Assembly (NCBI GenBank): GCA_045532975.1
Contig: JAZSGX010000067.1
Location: forward strand, 1-62,687
Reading direction: 5' to 3'
DNA: 62,687 nt
Source: Eubacteriales bacterium
GTDB taxonomy: Bacteria; Bacillota; Clostridia; Oscillospirales; CAG-272
In this document: positions 16,301 to 26,086 of the stretch, one piece after another
Position numbering within the stretch: the stretch's first letter is position 1
Layout of the letters: each line of letters opens with the position of its first letter
Notes under the pieces: model-generated
What the model saw: the letters and a program-made list of their open reading frames with translations, nothing else
What the model was told of the DNA's origin: nothing
Databases searched by the model: none
Made by a program: the position numbers and the translations under genes

Positions 16301-17146
16301 ATGGAAACTTTTATTGAAATACTAAAAGCGATATTCATCGGTATTGTTCAAGGCATTACCGAGTGGCTCCCTGTTTCCAGCACGGGACATATGATTATTG
16401 CTAATGAATTTGTGCAGCTTGATGTGAGTGCAGGCTGCTGGGACCTTTTCGAGGTCATAACACAGTTAGGCTCTATTGTTGCGGTTGTGATTTTGTTTTT
16501 TGACAAGCTCAATCCTTGGTCGAAAAATAAGGATGCGGTAATGCGCAAAAAAACCTGGTCATTGTGGTTTAAGGTTGTGGTAGCAGTGCTGCCTGCGGCT
16601 CTTATCGGTATTCTTTTAGAGGATTGGCTCGACGAGCATTTTTATAACTTTATCGTTGTGGCAATTGCCTTGGTTGTTTACGGTGTTTTATTTATTGTTG
16701 TGGAAAGAATTAACAAGAATAAAAGATATAAAATTGAGGACGTTTATGATATTGATTACGTAACCGCCATAAAAATCGGTTGCTTCCAGGTGCTTTCCTT
16801 AATTCCCGGTACATCACGCTCGGGCTCTACAATTTTGGGCGCTTCTACTGTTGGCGTAAACAGGACTGCGGCGGCGGAATTTTCATTTTTCCTCGCTATC
16901 CCTGTTATGCTTGGCGCATCGGCACTTAAGGTTTTTAAGGCTTTTGTGCTTGATGGTTTAACCCTTAATTTAACCGAGTGGGTTGTATTGCTCACAGGCA
17001 CGGTTGTGGCGTTCCTTGTTTCTATGATTGTTATTAAGTTCTTGATGAACTTTGTACGTCGCCATAGCTTTGAATCCTTTGGCTGGTACAGAATTGCTTT
17101 GGGTATCGTTTTGATAACCTACTACGTTATAAAAATAAACGTATAA
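16301..17146 (+). CDS. uppP: Undecaprenyl-diphosphate phosphatase
   Basis: GITEWLPVSSTGH and PGTSRSGSTI motifs. 8-TM protein. Confidence 0.9.
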   Translation: METFIEILKAIFIGIVQGITEWLPVSSTGHMIIANEFVQLDVSAGCWDLFEVITQLGSIVAVVILFFDKLNPWSKNKDAVMRKKTWSLWFKVVVAVLPAALIGILLEDWLDEHFYNFIVVAIALVVYGVLFIVVERINKNKRYKIEDVYDIDYVTAIKIGCFQVLSLIPGTSRSGSTILGASTVGVNRTAAAEFSFFLAIPVMLGASALKVFKAFVLDGLTLNLTEWVVLLTGTVVAFLVSMIVIKFLMNFVRRHSFESFGWYRIALGIVLITYYVIKINV

Positions 17147-17237
17147 TTATTTTTTAAAAAAGTGTTGATAATATAATATTTTTATGTTATACTATGCGTG
17201 GCAAAAAATTAAAATTATAATATAGGAGTAAACAAAA

Positions 17238-18533
17238 ATGACTTACAACAAGAAAACTATTGAAGACGTTAACGTAAGTGGCAAAAGAGTTCTCGTAAGA
17301 TGTGACTTCAACGTTCCTTTGAAGGATGGCGTTATCACAAGCGATAAGAGAATTATCGGTGCTTTGCCAACAATTAAGTACTTGCTCGACAATGGCGCAA
17401 AGGTTATTCTTTGCTCACACATGGGTAAGCCACACAATATCTTTACTGAGGGCTTCGGTCTTACAAAGAAGGAAAAGAAGAAGGTTGAGGAGCTTCCGGA
17501 AAATGAGCAGGCAGCAGCTAAGGCAGAGCTTTTGAAGAAGGCTCTTGGCGACAAGCAGAAGTTCACACTTAAGCCTGTTGCTGACAGACTTAATGAGCTT
17601 CTTGGCGGTATCGTTACATTTGCTGAGGATATCGTTGGCCCTGATGCTAAAGCTAAGGTTGCTAATCTTGAGGCTGGCAAGGCTGTTCTTTTGGAGAACG
17701 TTCGTTTCGACGCAAGAGAAACAAAGAACAACCCTGAGTTTGCAAAGGAGCTTTCCGAGTATGCTGACATTTATGTAAATGACGCATTCGGTACAGCACA
17801 CAGAGCGCACGCTACAACAGCAGGCGTTGCTGACTATCTCCCTGCAGTTTGCGGTTACCTCATCCAGAAGGAAATCGGCATTATGGGTAAGGCTTTGGCT
17901 GACCCTGCACGTCCATTTGTTGCTATCCTTGGCGGTGCTAAGGTTTCTGATAAGATTGGTGTTATTGAAAACCTTATCGAAAAGGTTGACACTCTCATCA
18001 TCGGTGGCGGCATGGCTTATACCTTCTTTAAGGCTAATGGCTATTCTGTTGGTACATCTCTCTGCGAGGATGACAAGGTTGAGCTTGCACGTGAAATGAT
18101 GGCTAAGGCTGAGGCTAAGGGCGTTAAGTTCTTGATTCCTGTTGATAATAAGCTCGGTCGTGAATATGACGAGAATACTGAGTCTATGTACTCCGACTCT
18201 GACAAGATTCCTGATGACTGGATGGGTCTTGATATCGGTCCTAAGACACAGGAGCTCTTTGCTAATGCAATTAAGGGCGCAGGTACTGTTGTTTGGAATG
18301 GCCCTATGGGTGTTTCCGAGTGGAAGAACTTTGCGGCTGGTACTGAGGCTGTTGCTAACGCAGTTGCTGAAAGCGGCGCAATCTCTATCATCGGTGGCGG
18401 TGACTCTGCTGCTGCAGTTGAAAAGCTCGGCTTTGCTGACAGAATGACTCATATCTCAACAGGTGGCGGTGCTTCCCTCGAATTCCTCGAAGGAAAGACT
18501 CTACCGGGTATAGCTTGCTTGCAGGACAAATAA
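17238..18533 (+). CDS. pgk: Phosphoglycerate kinase (with a roughly 35-aa lysine/glutamate-rich insertion)
   Basis: [42 protein letters not shown]. Confidence 0.95.
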   Translation: MTYNKKTIEDVNVSGKRVLVRCDFNVPLKDGVITSDKRIIGALPTIKYLLDNGAKVILCSHMGKPHNIFTEGFGLTKKEKKKVEELPENEQAAAKAELLKKALGDKQKFTLKPVADRLNELLGGIVTFAEDIVGPDAKAKVANLEAGKAVLLENVRFDARETKNNPEFAKELSEYADIYVNDAFGTAHRAHATTAGVADYLPAVCGYLIQKEIGIMGKALADPARPFVAILGGAKVSDKIGVIENLIEKVDTLIIGGGMAYTFFKANGYSVGTSLCEDDKVELAREMMAKAEAKGVKFLIPVDNKLGREYDENTESMYSDSDKIPDDWMGLDIGPKTQELFANAIKGAGTVVWNGPMGVSEWKNFAAGTEAVANAVAESGAISIIGGGDSAAAVEKLGFADRMTHISTGGGASLEFLEGKTLPGIACLQDK

Positions 18534-18544
18534 AAACATAAAAT

Positions 18545-18578
18545 AATGTCCGTAAGCCAAAACTTACGGACATTTTTA
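18545..18578 (+). terminator. Terminator after pgk
   Basis: AATGTCCGTAAG-ccaaaa-CTTACGGACATT plus TTTT. Confidence 0.75.
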
Positions 18579-18673
18579 TATATTTGCTCGAAAGCTTTTG
18601 ATTTTGAGCAATACAGATATATGTACATTTGTACATATGAAATTAAGATAATATAAAATGGGAGAATAAAACA

Positions 18674-19429
18674 ATGAGAAGAAAAGTAATTGCTGGTAAC
18701 TGGAAAATGAATATGACACCCTCACAGGCAAAGGCCTTGATTGAGGAAACTAAGCCACTTGTTGCAGGCAAGGACAACTGCGACGTTATTTTCTGCGTAC
18801 CTTTTGTTGACATCTATGCGGCACAGGAGGCTGCAAAGGGCTCTAACATTAAGATTGGCGCTGAGAATGTACACTTTGCTGCAAAGGGTGCTTACACTGG
18901 TGAAATTTCTGCTGAAATGCTCAAGGAGTGCGGCGTTGAGTACGTTATTATCGGTCACAGCGAAAGAAGACAGTATTTCGGTGAGACAGATGAAACTGTT
19001 AACCTCCGCACAAAGGCAGCTCTTGAGGCTGGCATGACCGTTATCCTTTGCCTTGGTGAGGTTAAGGACGAAAGACTCAATGGAATCACAGACGAGGTTG
19101 TTTCTATGCAGACAAAGCTCGCTTTGAAGGATGTTAGCGCAGAACAGCTCAAGAATATTATTATTGCTTACGAGCCTGTTTGGGCTATCGGCACAGGCTT
19201 GACTGCAACTCCAGAGCAGGCTGACGAAACCTGTGGTGTTATCCGTAACACAATTAAGTCCCTTTACGGTGAAGAGGCTGCTGAGGCTATCACAATTCAG
19301 TACGGTGGCTCTATGAACGCGGCAAACGCTGCTGAGCTTTTGGCTAAGGAAAATGTTGACGGCGGTCTTATCGGCGGCGCTTCCTTGAAGGCTAAGGATT
19401 TCTCAATTATTGTTGATGCGGCTCAGTAA
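18674..19429 (+). CDS. tpiA: Triosephosphate isomerase
   Basis: AGNWKMN, IGHSERR, AYEPVWAIGTG, GGASL. Confidence 0.95.
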   Translation: MRRKVIAGNWKMNMTPSQAKALIEETKPLVAGKDNCDVIFCVPFVDIYAAQEAAKGSNIKIGAENVHFAAKGAYTGEISAEMLKECGVEYVIIGHSERRQYFGETDETVNLRTKAALEAGMTVILCLGEVKDERLNGITDEVVSMQTKLALKDVSAEQLKNIIIAYEPVWAIGTGLTATPEQADETCGVIRNTIKSLYGEEAAEAITIQYGGSMNAANAAELLAKENVDGGLIGGASLKAKDFSIIVDAAQ

Positions 19430-19444
19430 GTAGCTTTTGAATTT

Positions 19445-19479
19445 GGCATACGTTTTTTGGCGTATGCCTTTTCTTTTTT
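19445..19479 (+). terminator. Terminator after tpiA
   Basis: GGCATACG-ttttttgg-CGTATGCC plus TTTTCTTTTTT. Confidence 0.8.
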
Positions 19480-19599
19480 GACAATTTGGTTCAAAAAGGT
19501 CAATGGCTTTGATTTCCCAAAGGCTACATCTTGACAAATCTATACAATAATGTTATAATTACTATGTATCGTTGTATCAATATTGTCAAGGAGGATAAT

Positions 19600-21267
19600 A
19601 TGACGAGGAAAAAGCTGATATTGATTTTGGCAATAGCGTCATGCTTGATGCTTTTGTTTGCTATAACTACGTTTGCGGCAGCATCGGATGGTATACTTGC
19701 GTATTATGATTATAATGGAGCGGGTAACGCGTCCCTTCCCGGTTATGCGCTTTTGCGAGAGGTTTATATAGTTGGCGAGAAAAACGGAACGTTGACAATT
19801 GAGGGAATCAGAGATAAGGTAATTGGCAGTACGCCTACTGCCGCAATAAAGATAAATACAATATATATTCCTCAGGGTGTTAATTATGTGAACATGCAAA
19901 ACTCTACAAACTCAGGCGTTAAAAGGGTCGTTTTCGATTACCGCTGTGACGTAAGAGTTGATGCCTTGGATATACAAGGCTTGGAGGAAATTGTTATTTC
20001 AGGTGAGGCTGCTAAGGTCACCTTTGGTGCTAACTGTTCTGCTACTACACTTAAAAAGATTTCCATAACATCCTCTCGTGCAACAGTTGTTTTTGAGGAA
20101 AATGCTTTTTCCAACAGAGCGCTTTTGAACACGCTTGATATTTCCAAGTGCACTGATTTGGAAATTGTATCGTCATATACCTTTGGCAAAAACGCCTTTC
20201 GTAATACAGCTATCAAGGAATTGAAGCTCGATGATGACCGCGCAACCTACAAGTTCAATGGAATTGGTGCGTTTTCTAACTGCGCAAAGCTTGAGAATGT
20301 TTATCTTGGCAAAACGGTAACGGACGTTGGTGATAATGCCTTTGAAAACTGTAATGCTTTGAAGCTCGTGTATGCGGACGCATTGACCACGGTTGGCTCA
20401 AATGCGTTTGCTATAAGTAAGGGCTCGGTGGATAGGTTCTTGTTGAAGGTATATATACACACAAATGGGCTTGTTAGTATTAATAGAAACGCCTTTACTA
20501 ACCGTAATTCCAACGGTGTGGTTGTGTGCACTCTGGAAACCGATAACAAAACCTACGATAATTGTAATTATGAGCTTCACTTTGGTATACCACATAAGTA
20601 CACTGAGGTGACGGGTATTTCTACCTGTTACGTTACTTATACAACGGATTGTCCTTGCCAAAAAATAGGCAACGCATATTATCGGCTCTACGAAAAGGGC
20701 AAGAATGAGCAGGCTGTGATGATGGTTTCCGGTCCGGTTACAGGTAAGGATGTTGTTCATACCTTCTCTGACGCTCATAAGCTTGAATACCCTAACGGAA
20801 TAGAGGCGGACGGTGTTGTTCTCCGTCAGTGCGCGTCATGCGGCTTGATTGCGGAAAACGAGAAAAGAGTTGACCCTGTGTTGATTTTTTTGGGATATTC
20901 CGCTTCAGAAGCAGGTACAAAAACCTTGGTTGCAGGCGTTAGATTCAATTATGAATCCTTAAAGCTTTATGAGAAAATAAACGGTGAGACTCTTGACTAC
21001 GGCTTTGTTTTGGCAGGTGAGGATAAGCTTGGCGGCGCTAACCCCTTTAACGAGGACGGTACTCTTGCAAGCGGTGCTATGAAAATGAGCATGGTGCAAG
21101 AGGGCTATTATGAAAGTGTTATGAAAATTTCCGGCTTTACCGCAAATGCAGACAAAAAAATAATATTTGCTGTTTATATTAAAATGGGTAAGGAAATTAA
21201 ATATTTCCAGGGCGATGGAGAAACTAAAAAGCCTGTGGGCGTTTCTTATTCTCAGTTCGCCAAATGA
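19600..21267 (+). CDS. Secreted BspA-type LRR protein with C-terminal Cys-motif plus 'GYS' domain (paralog 2)
   Basis: AAGGAGGA RBS. Signal peptide MTRKKLILILAIASCLMLLFAITTFAAA. LRR units (NAFENCNALKLVY...). CASCG...PVLIFLGYS...DYGFVLAG. Confidence 0.8.
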   Translation: MTRKKLILILAIASCLMLLFAITTFAAASDGILAYYDYNGAGNASLPGYALLREVYIVGEKNGTLTIEGIRDKVIGSTPTAAIKINTIYIPQGVNYVNMQNSTNSGVKRVVFDYRCDVRVDALDIQGLEEIVISGEAAKVTFGANCSATTLKKISITSSRATVVFEENAFSNRALLNTLDISKCTDLEIVSSYTFGKNAFRNTAIKELKLDDDRATYKFNGIGAFSNCAKLENVYLGKTVTDVGDNAFENCNALKLVYADALTTVGSNAFAISKGSVDRFLLKVYIHTNGLVSINRNAFTNRNSNGVVVCTLETDNKTYDNCNYELHFGIPHKYTEVTGISTCYVTYTTDCPCQKIGNAYYRLYEKGKNEQAVMMVSGPVTGKDVVHTFSDAHKLEYPNGIEADGVVLRQCASCGLIAENEKRVDPVLIFLGYSASEAGTKTLVAGVRFNYESLKLYEKINGETLDYGFVLAGEDKLGGANPFNEDGTLASGAMKMSMVQEGYYESVMKISGFTANADKKIIFAVYIKMGKEIKYFQGDGETKKPVGVSYSQFAK

Positions 21268-21285
21268 TATTTAACTAAATAAATG

Positions 21286-21320
21286 AAAAGTGCATTCTCT
21301 TTTATGAGAATGCATTTTTT
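21286..21320 (+). terminator. Terminator after paralog 2
   Basis: AAAAGTGCATTCTC-ttttat-GAGAATGCA plus TTTTTT. Confidence 0.8.
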
Positions 21321-21413
21321 GTTGCATAAAGAAAGTAAAATGAGCCAAAATATAGATGTGTAGAAAAAGGCGTGTGCTGTTGGTTGTATGCAAAGCACAC
21401 CGAAGGAGGAAAA

Positions 21414-21680
21414 ATGAAGGAGTTTAAGCATATAATTAAGGATAAAAACGGATTGCACGCCCGCCCGGCAGGTCAGTTGGCAACGGTGGCTCGGAGCTTT
21501 GAAAGTGAGATTAAGGTGTTTTCATGCGGTAAGGAGGCTGACGGAAAAAGATTGCTTTCCTTGATGTCCCTGGGGGCAAAATGCGGTGCGGAGTTGCATT
21601 TCGAAATAAGCGGAAATGACGAAAGCGAGGCTTTGACTGTGTTAGAGGAGCATTGCAAATCAAAGCTTGACGGAGAGTGA
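21414..21680 (+). CDS. ptsH: PTS phosphocarrier protein HPr
   Basis: GLHARPAG (His15 site) and LLSLMSLG (Ser46 region). GAAGGAGG RBS. Confidence 0.9.
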   Translation: MKEFKHIIKDKNGLHARPAGQLATVARSFESEIKVFSCGKEADGKRLLSLMSLGAKCGAELHFEISGNDESEALTVLEEHCKSKLDGE

Positions 21681-21681
21681 G

Positions 21682-23328
21682 ATGGCAAAGGGTATAACGG
21701 TTAGCGGTACGGGAATATCTAACGGAAAGGTATCGGGTAAGATTAAGCTTTTTGACCAAATAGAGGACGTAGTAAAGGGAAAGCAATCGGCAAAAATCGA
21801 TAGAGAAACGGAGCTTGAGCGCTTGGACGAGGCGCGCAAAATTGCCATTAAGGAAATTAAGGAGCTTGAGAAAAAAGCACTTTTGACTCTTGGCGAGAAG
21901 GAAGCTCAGATTTTTGAGATACACGCAATGCTCTTAGAGGACGAGGACTACGTTGCCTCAATTATCGGTGAGATAAACGGGGGCAAGGACGCTTGTGAGG
22001 CGGTGCGTCAAACGTCCAAGTCTTACAGTGATATGTTAGAGTCCTTAAACGACGAATATTTGTCGGCAAGAAAAACAGATATTAAGGACATTTCTAACCA
22101 ATTAATAAGAATTTTGAATGGAGGAGTGTCGCTAAAACAGGAGAATGACACGGAACCGTATATACTCGTGGCAAGCGATTTGACACCGTCTCAGACGGTA
22201 CAGCTTGATAAGAGCAGAATACTCGGCTTTGTTACCTTTGGAGGCACACCCTCGTCACATACCGCTATTTTGGCGCGGGCTATGGGCATTCCTGCTCTTG
22301 TGGGTACAGGCGTGATTGACAAGAAGTATAATGGTTGCTTTGCACTTCTGAACGCGGAAAAGGGTACTCTTATTTTGTCACCTAATGAAAAGGAAATTGC
22401 AGATTTTGAAAAGGAAAGAAAAGCCTACAACAAAATTGCAAAGGAGCACGAAAACTATTTGCGCTCAGTTATGAACAAGCCTGCGGTGACAAGGGGCGGG
22501 CATAAGGTAATGATATATGCAAATATCGGCTCGGAGGAGGAAATTGCCTCGGCCTTGTCAAGCGGAGCTGAGGGGATCGGACTTTTGAGAAGTGAATTTT
22601 TATATCTTGCGAAAAAGGATTATCCGACAGAGGATGAGCTTTTTAAGGTTTACCGCGATATTGCTATAAAAATGCAGGGAAAGCGTGTGATTGTTCGCAC
22701 TCTCGATATAGGCGCAGACAAGCAAATAGATTACTTTAATATACCAAGGGAAGAAAATCCTGCGTTGGGATATAGAGCAATAAGGATTTGTCTTGATAGA
22801 CGTGAGCTTTTTAAAACACAGCTCCGAGCTATTTTGAGAGCCTCGTCCTACGGTATGGTTGCTATTATGCTGCCTATGATTGATTCGGTATATGAGGTGA
22901 AGGAATCCAAAGCGATTTTAGAGGAGTGCAAGCTGGAATTATCCACACAGGGTAAGGAATTTGACTCGAAAATCGAGCTTGGCATTATGATAGAAACTCC
23001 TGCTGCCGCTATAATGAGCGAGGAGCTTGCCAGGTACGTTGATTTCTTCTCCGTTGGTACGAATGATTTGACACAGTACACCTTGGCGGCAGACAGACAA
23101 AACCCTTTGGTGACTGAAATTTGTGAGAAAAACACCGAGCCTGTAATGAGACTAATAAAAATGTCATCGGCTGCCATACATCAAAGGGGCGGTTGGATTG
23201 GCGTTTGCGGAGAGATGGCGGCAGATTTGAGCTTAACCCAGCGCTTTGTAGATATGGAAATTGACGAGCTTTCCGTATCTGTGCCCTATCTGTTAGGCGT
23301 GCGCGGTAAGGTGAGTGAGTGCAGATGA
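21682..23328 (+). CDS. ptsI: PTS enzyme I (phosphoenolpyruvate-protein phosphotransferase)
   Basis: GGTPSSHTAILARAMGIPA (active-site His), SVGTNDLTQY, GVCGEMA. Confidence 0.93.
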   Translation: MAKGITVSGTGISNGKVSGKIKLFDQIEDVVKGKQSAKIDRETELERLDEARKIAIKEIKELEKKALLTLGEKEAQIFEIHAMLLEDEDYVASIIGEINGGKDACEAVRQTSKSYSDMLESLNDEYLSARKTDIKDISNQLIRILNGGVSLKQENDTEPYILVASDLTPSQTVQLDKSRILGFVTFGGTPSSHTAILARAMGIPALVGTGVIDKKYNGCFALLNAEKGTLILSPNEKEIADFEKERKAYNKIAKEHENYLRSVMNKPAVTRGGHKVMIYANIGSEEEIASALSSGAEGIGLLRSEFLYLAKKDYPTEDELFKVYRDIAIKMQGKRVIVRTLDIGADKQIDYFNIPREENPALGYRAIRICLDRRELFKTQLRAILRASSYGMVAIMLPMIDSVYEVKESKAILEECKLELSTQGKEFDSKIELGIMIETPAAAIMSEELARYVDFFSVGTNDLTQYTLAADRQNPLVTEICEKNTEPVMRLIKMSSAAIHQRGGWIGVCGEMAADLSLTQRFVDMEIDELSVSVPYLLGVRGKVSECR

Positions 23329-23475
23329 CAAAGCAAAGCCTTGAAACAAAAGCTGAAAAGCACAATCCCTCCACCGTACACGAGAACCTCAAGCCTACTA
23401 AGCGAATCCCAAGTCTTTTGCACTCCGGCTTGAGGATCCCTACGGTCCCCCTCCCTTAGATTAAGGGAGGCAAAA
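23322..23475 (+). mobile_element. 154-bp insert flanked by 27-bp direct repeats of the ptsI 3' end
   Basis: AGGCGTGCGCGGTAAGGTGAGTGAGTG occurs at 23295-23321 and at 23476-23502. The insert has stems CCTCAAGCC/GGCTTGAGG and CCTCCCTTA-gat-TAAGGGAGG. Confidence 0.6.
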
Positions 23476-23550
23476 AGGCGTGCGCGGTAAGGTGAGTGAG
23501 TGTAAATAGTGCGAAACTGATTTTGCTACGTTAATGAAGAAGGAGAAAAT

Positions 23551-24012
23551 ATGATTGAAAAGCATAAATTGGTAGCCGCTTGCAGCGGTGAGGTTATAAA
23601 ATTAGAGGATGTTTGCGATGAGGTATTTTCCTCGGGGACTCTTGGCTCAGGCTTTGGAATAATACCTGACGGTAAGGATTTTGTCTCCCCTGTGGACGGA
23701 AAGGTGGTTAATGCTCACGAGGCGGGTCACGCTTATCTTTTGGCTGGACGTGACGGGCTGGAAATTCTTGTCCATATAGGCATTGATACGGTAGAGTTAG
23801 AGGGGGAATATTTTTCCCCTGTGGTAAAGGGAGGAATGAGCGTTAAAGAAGGGGACAAGCTTGCTTATGCAGATGCGGAAAAAATCCTTGACCGAGGCTT
23901 TGACCCGGTAACTGTAACGGTAATAACCAACCCTGAAATGATTGACAGGTTTGAAATAACCTACGGCCGTGTGAAAGCAGGGGACGTGGTAATGGAGTAC
24001 ACCTTAAAATAA
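23551..24012 (+). CDS. PTS EIIA component, glucose family
   Basis: HAYLL...ILVHIGIDTVELEG double-His signature. 153 aa. Confidence 0.85.
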   Translation: MIEKHKLVAACSGEVIKLEDVCDEVFSSGTLGSGFGIIPDGKDFVSPVDGKVVNAHEAGHAYLLAGRDGLEILVHIGIDTVELEGEYFSPVVKGGMSVKEGDKLAYADAEKILDRGFDPVTVTVITNPEMIDRFEITYGRVKAGDVVMEYTLK

Positions 24013-24229
24013 ACTAAAAAATGGGTTGCCGATTGATGCGGCAACCCATTTAAACTATTGGTTTGAAGCATATAAACTAAGCGTCCATTGACAAATGATG
24101 GCAAAAATTGTAACATAAAAGCAGAACACACAGGCTTTTACCTGTGTGCATATATATTATACCACAAAAAATTTTTGAAAACAAGAATTGTAATTAAAAA
24201 TTTTTAATGGTAAAATTAGGTTGAAATTT

Positions 24230-26086
24230 ATGAAAAGGAGTATTGCTTTGGCTAAGAAGGAAAAGAAAAACAAGGAGAAAAGAGTGCCTTTTAAGCTCGT
24301 TATGAAGGACACTTGGCTATCACTGTGCTTGGCGTTCAGATACGCGCCATTTGCGTGTGTTGTTATGCTTTTGTCTTATATTTTGGAAAGCATTATCGGC
24401 TTTGCCTCGGGAACTTATGCTTTAAAATACATAATTGATTCCTATGAGGACGGGCTTGAGTTTTGGGGCGTGGCATTAAGCGTTGCTTTGATTGTGGCGG
24501 TGCCTGCGGTACTTTCAATAATTACCGATTTTATAGTAGATATTACCTGGAGCATAGGCAGTAACAAAATAAGCATGTCTGTGCATAAATCTATTTTTGA
24601 AAAAAATACAAGCGTTGAGCTTTCCTGCTATGAAAACCCACAGTTTTACGACAAGTATGTTAAGGCTTCGGCAGAAACTCCAAGCCATATTTTCAATATG
24701 GTTTTTGCGGTTTTTCATTTTTGTCATACTGTTTTAAATACGGTTTTGTACGGTAGCTTGTTATTTACAATGGACCCTGTGTTTATAATTTTTGCTATCA
24801 TACCGCTTTTTGGTTCATTTTTCAAAAAGAAAAGCAATGTTTTGTGGCACAAGCATTCTGTGGAGGATAGAGAACAGCACAGAAGATGTCAATATGCTCA
24901 AAGGGTGTTTTACTCAAACGAGTACGCAAAGGAAATGCGCCTGACTAACTCTAAAAGCTTTATGCTGAAAAAATACGAGGAAGCCTCCGAGAGCCGCAAA
25001 AACGTAGTGAAAAAATACGGCAGACGTGAAATGGTGCTTGAGGTTTTGGGAAATAAGATTTCAAGCATATTGGCAAATCCATTAGCTATTGCCTATGCGG
25101 TTTTCAGAACTGTTGTGTCGGGGGCTATGGGTCTTGGCGATTGCGCGGTTGTTATTAACTCTGTGTCACAGCTTTCTAACTCATTTATACAAATAACCAA
25201 TCAATATTATCGCTTGCACGAAAAGTCCCTGTTTATTGAGGATTATAAGGAATTTATGGAGTATGAGCCTCAAATGAAGGACACGGAAAATGCTTGCGAG
25301 GCGAAAAAAGGTACCATAAGGCTGGAAAAAGTGTCCTTTAAGTATTTTGGCAGTAATGAGTACGTATTGAAAAATGTAAATTTGGAGCTTGGTCAAAACG
25401 AAAAAATCGCCTTGGTTGGTCACAACGGGGCAGGCAAAAGCACTCTTATTAAGCTGCTTTTACGCTTGTATGACCCAACGGACGGTAAAATTACCTTGGA
25501 CGGACAGGACATAAGAGATATAAAAATGAAAAGCTACCGAGATATGTTCAGTGTAGTTTTCCAGGACTTTAAGCTAATCGCTCTGCCTGTTTTTGCAAAT
25601 GTGCTTATGCGCCCCAAAAAAGACGGGGACGAGGAAAGGGTTGTTGAAGCTCTTAAGCTGAGCGGTGCTTACGACAGAATAATGGAGTTAAAGGACGGGG
25701 TGAATACCGTTTTAACTAAGGAATTCAGTGAGGACGGAGCTGTTTTGTCCGTTGGCGAAGGGCAAAAGATAGCCATTTCTCACGCATTTATAAAGGATGC
25801 TCCGTACATAATTCTTGACGAGCCAACCAGTGCACTTGACCCTGTGGCTGAAAGTGAAATGTATCAGAATATGATGCGTGTGGGAGAAAACAAGGGCATG
25901 GTCTTTATTTCTCACCGCCTGTCAAGTGCGGTTAGCGCTGACAGAATTTATATGCTTGAAAACGGAGAGGTTATCGAGGTTGGCACGCACAAGGAGCTAA
26001 TGGAGCTTAACGGAAAGTATGCGGATATGTTTAAAAAGCAGGCGCAAAACTACGTTGACATTGAGTCAAAGGAGGTGAGCGCGTAA
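24230..26086 (+). CDS. ABC exporter, fused TMD-NBD (half-transporter 1)
   Basis: Six-TM N-terminal domain. GHNGAGKST, SVGEGQKIA, ILDEPTSALD. The TTG at 24221 is an alternative start. Confidence 0.85.
   Translation: MKRSIALAKKEKKNKEKRVPFKLVMKDTWLSLCLAFRYAPFACVVMLLSYILESIIGFASGTYALKYIIDSYEDGLEFWGVALSVALIVAVPAVLSIITDFIVDITWSIGSNKISMSVHKSIFEKNTSVELSCYENPQFYDKYVKASAETPSHIFNMVFAVFHFCHTVLNTVLYGSLLFTMDPVFIIFAIIPLFGSFFKKKSNVLWHKHSVEDREQHRRCQYAQRVFYSNEYAKEMRLTNSKSFMLKKYEEASESRKNVVKKYGRREMVLEVLGNKISSILANPLAIAYAVFRTVVSGAMGLGDCAVVINSVSQLSNSFIQITNQYYRLHEKSLFIEDYKEFMEYEPQMKDTENACEAKKGTIRLEKVSFKYFGSNEYVLKNVNLELGQNEKIALVGHNGAGKSTLIKLLLRLYDPTDGKITLDGQDIRDIKMKSYRDMFSVVFQDFKLIALPVFANVLMRPKKDGDEERVVEALKLSGAYDRIMELKDGVNTVLTKEFSEDGAVLSVGEGQKIAISHAFIKDAPYIILDEPTSALDPVAESEMYQNMMRVGENKGMVFISHRLSSAVSADRIYMLENGEVIEVGTHKELMELNGKYADMFKKQAQNYVDIESKEVSA

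Noticed and set aside
17243-18636. Several long ORFs antisense to or out of frame within pgk (for example 17415-18452, 345 aa, and 17243-17770, 175 aa)
   Set aside because: These are shadow ORFs of a strongly conserved pgk reading frame. They have low-complexity Leu/Ser-rich translations and no RBS.
21511-21924. 137-aa minus-strand ORF overlapping ptsH and ptsI
   Set aside because: It is antisense to two well-supported PTS genes and has no RBS.
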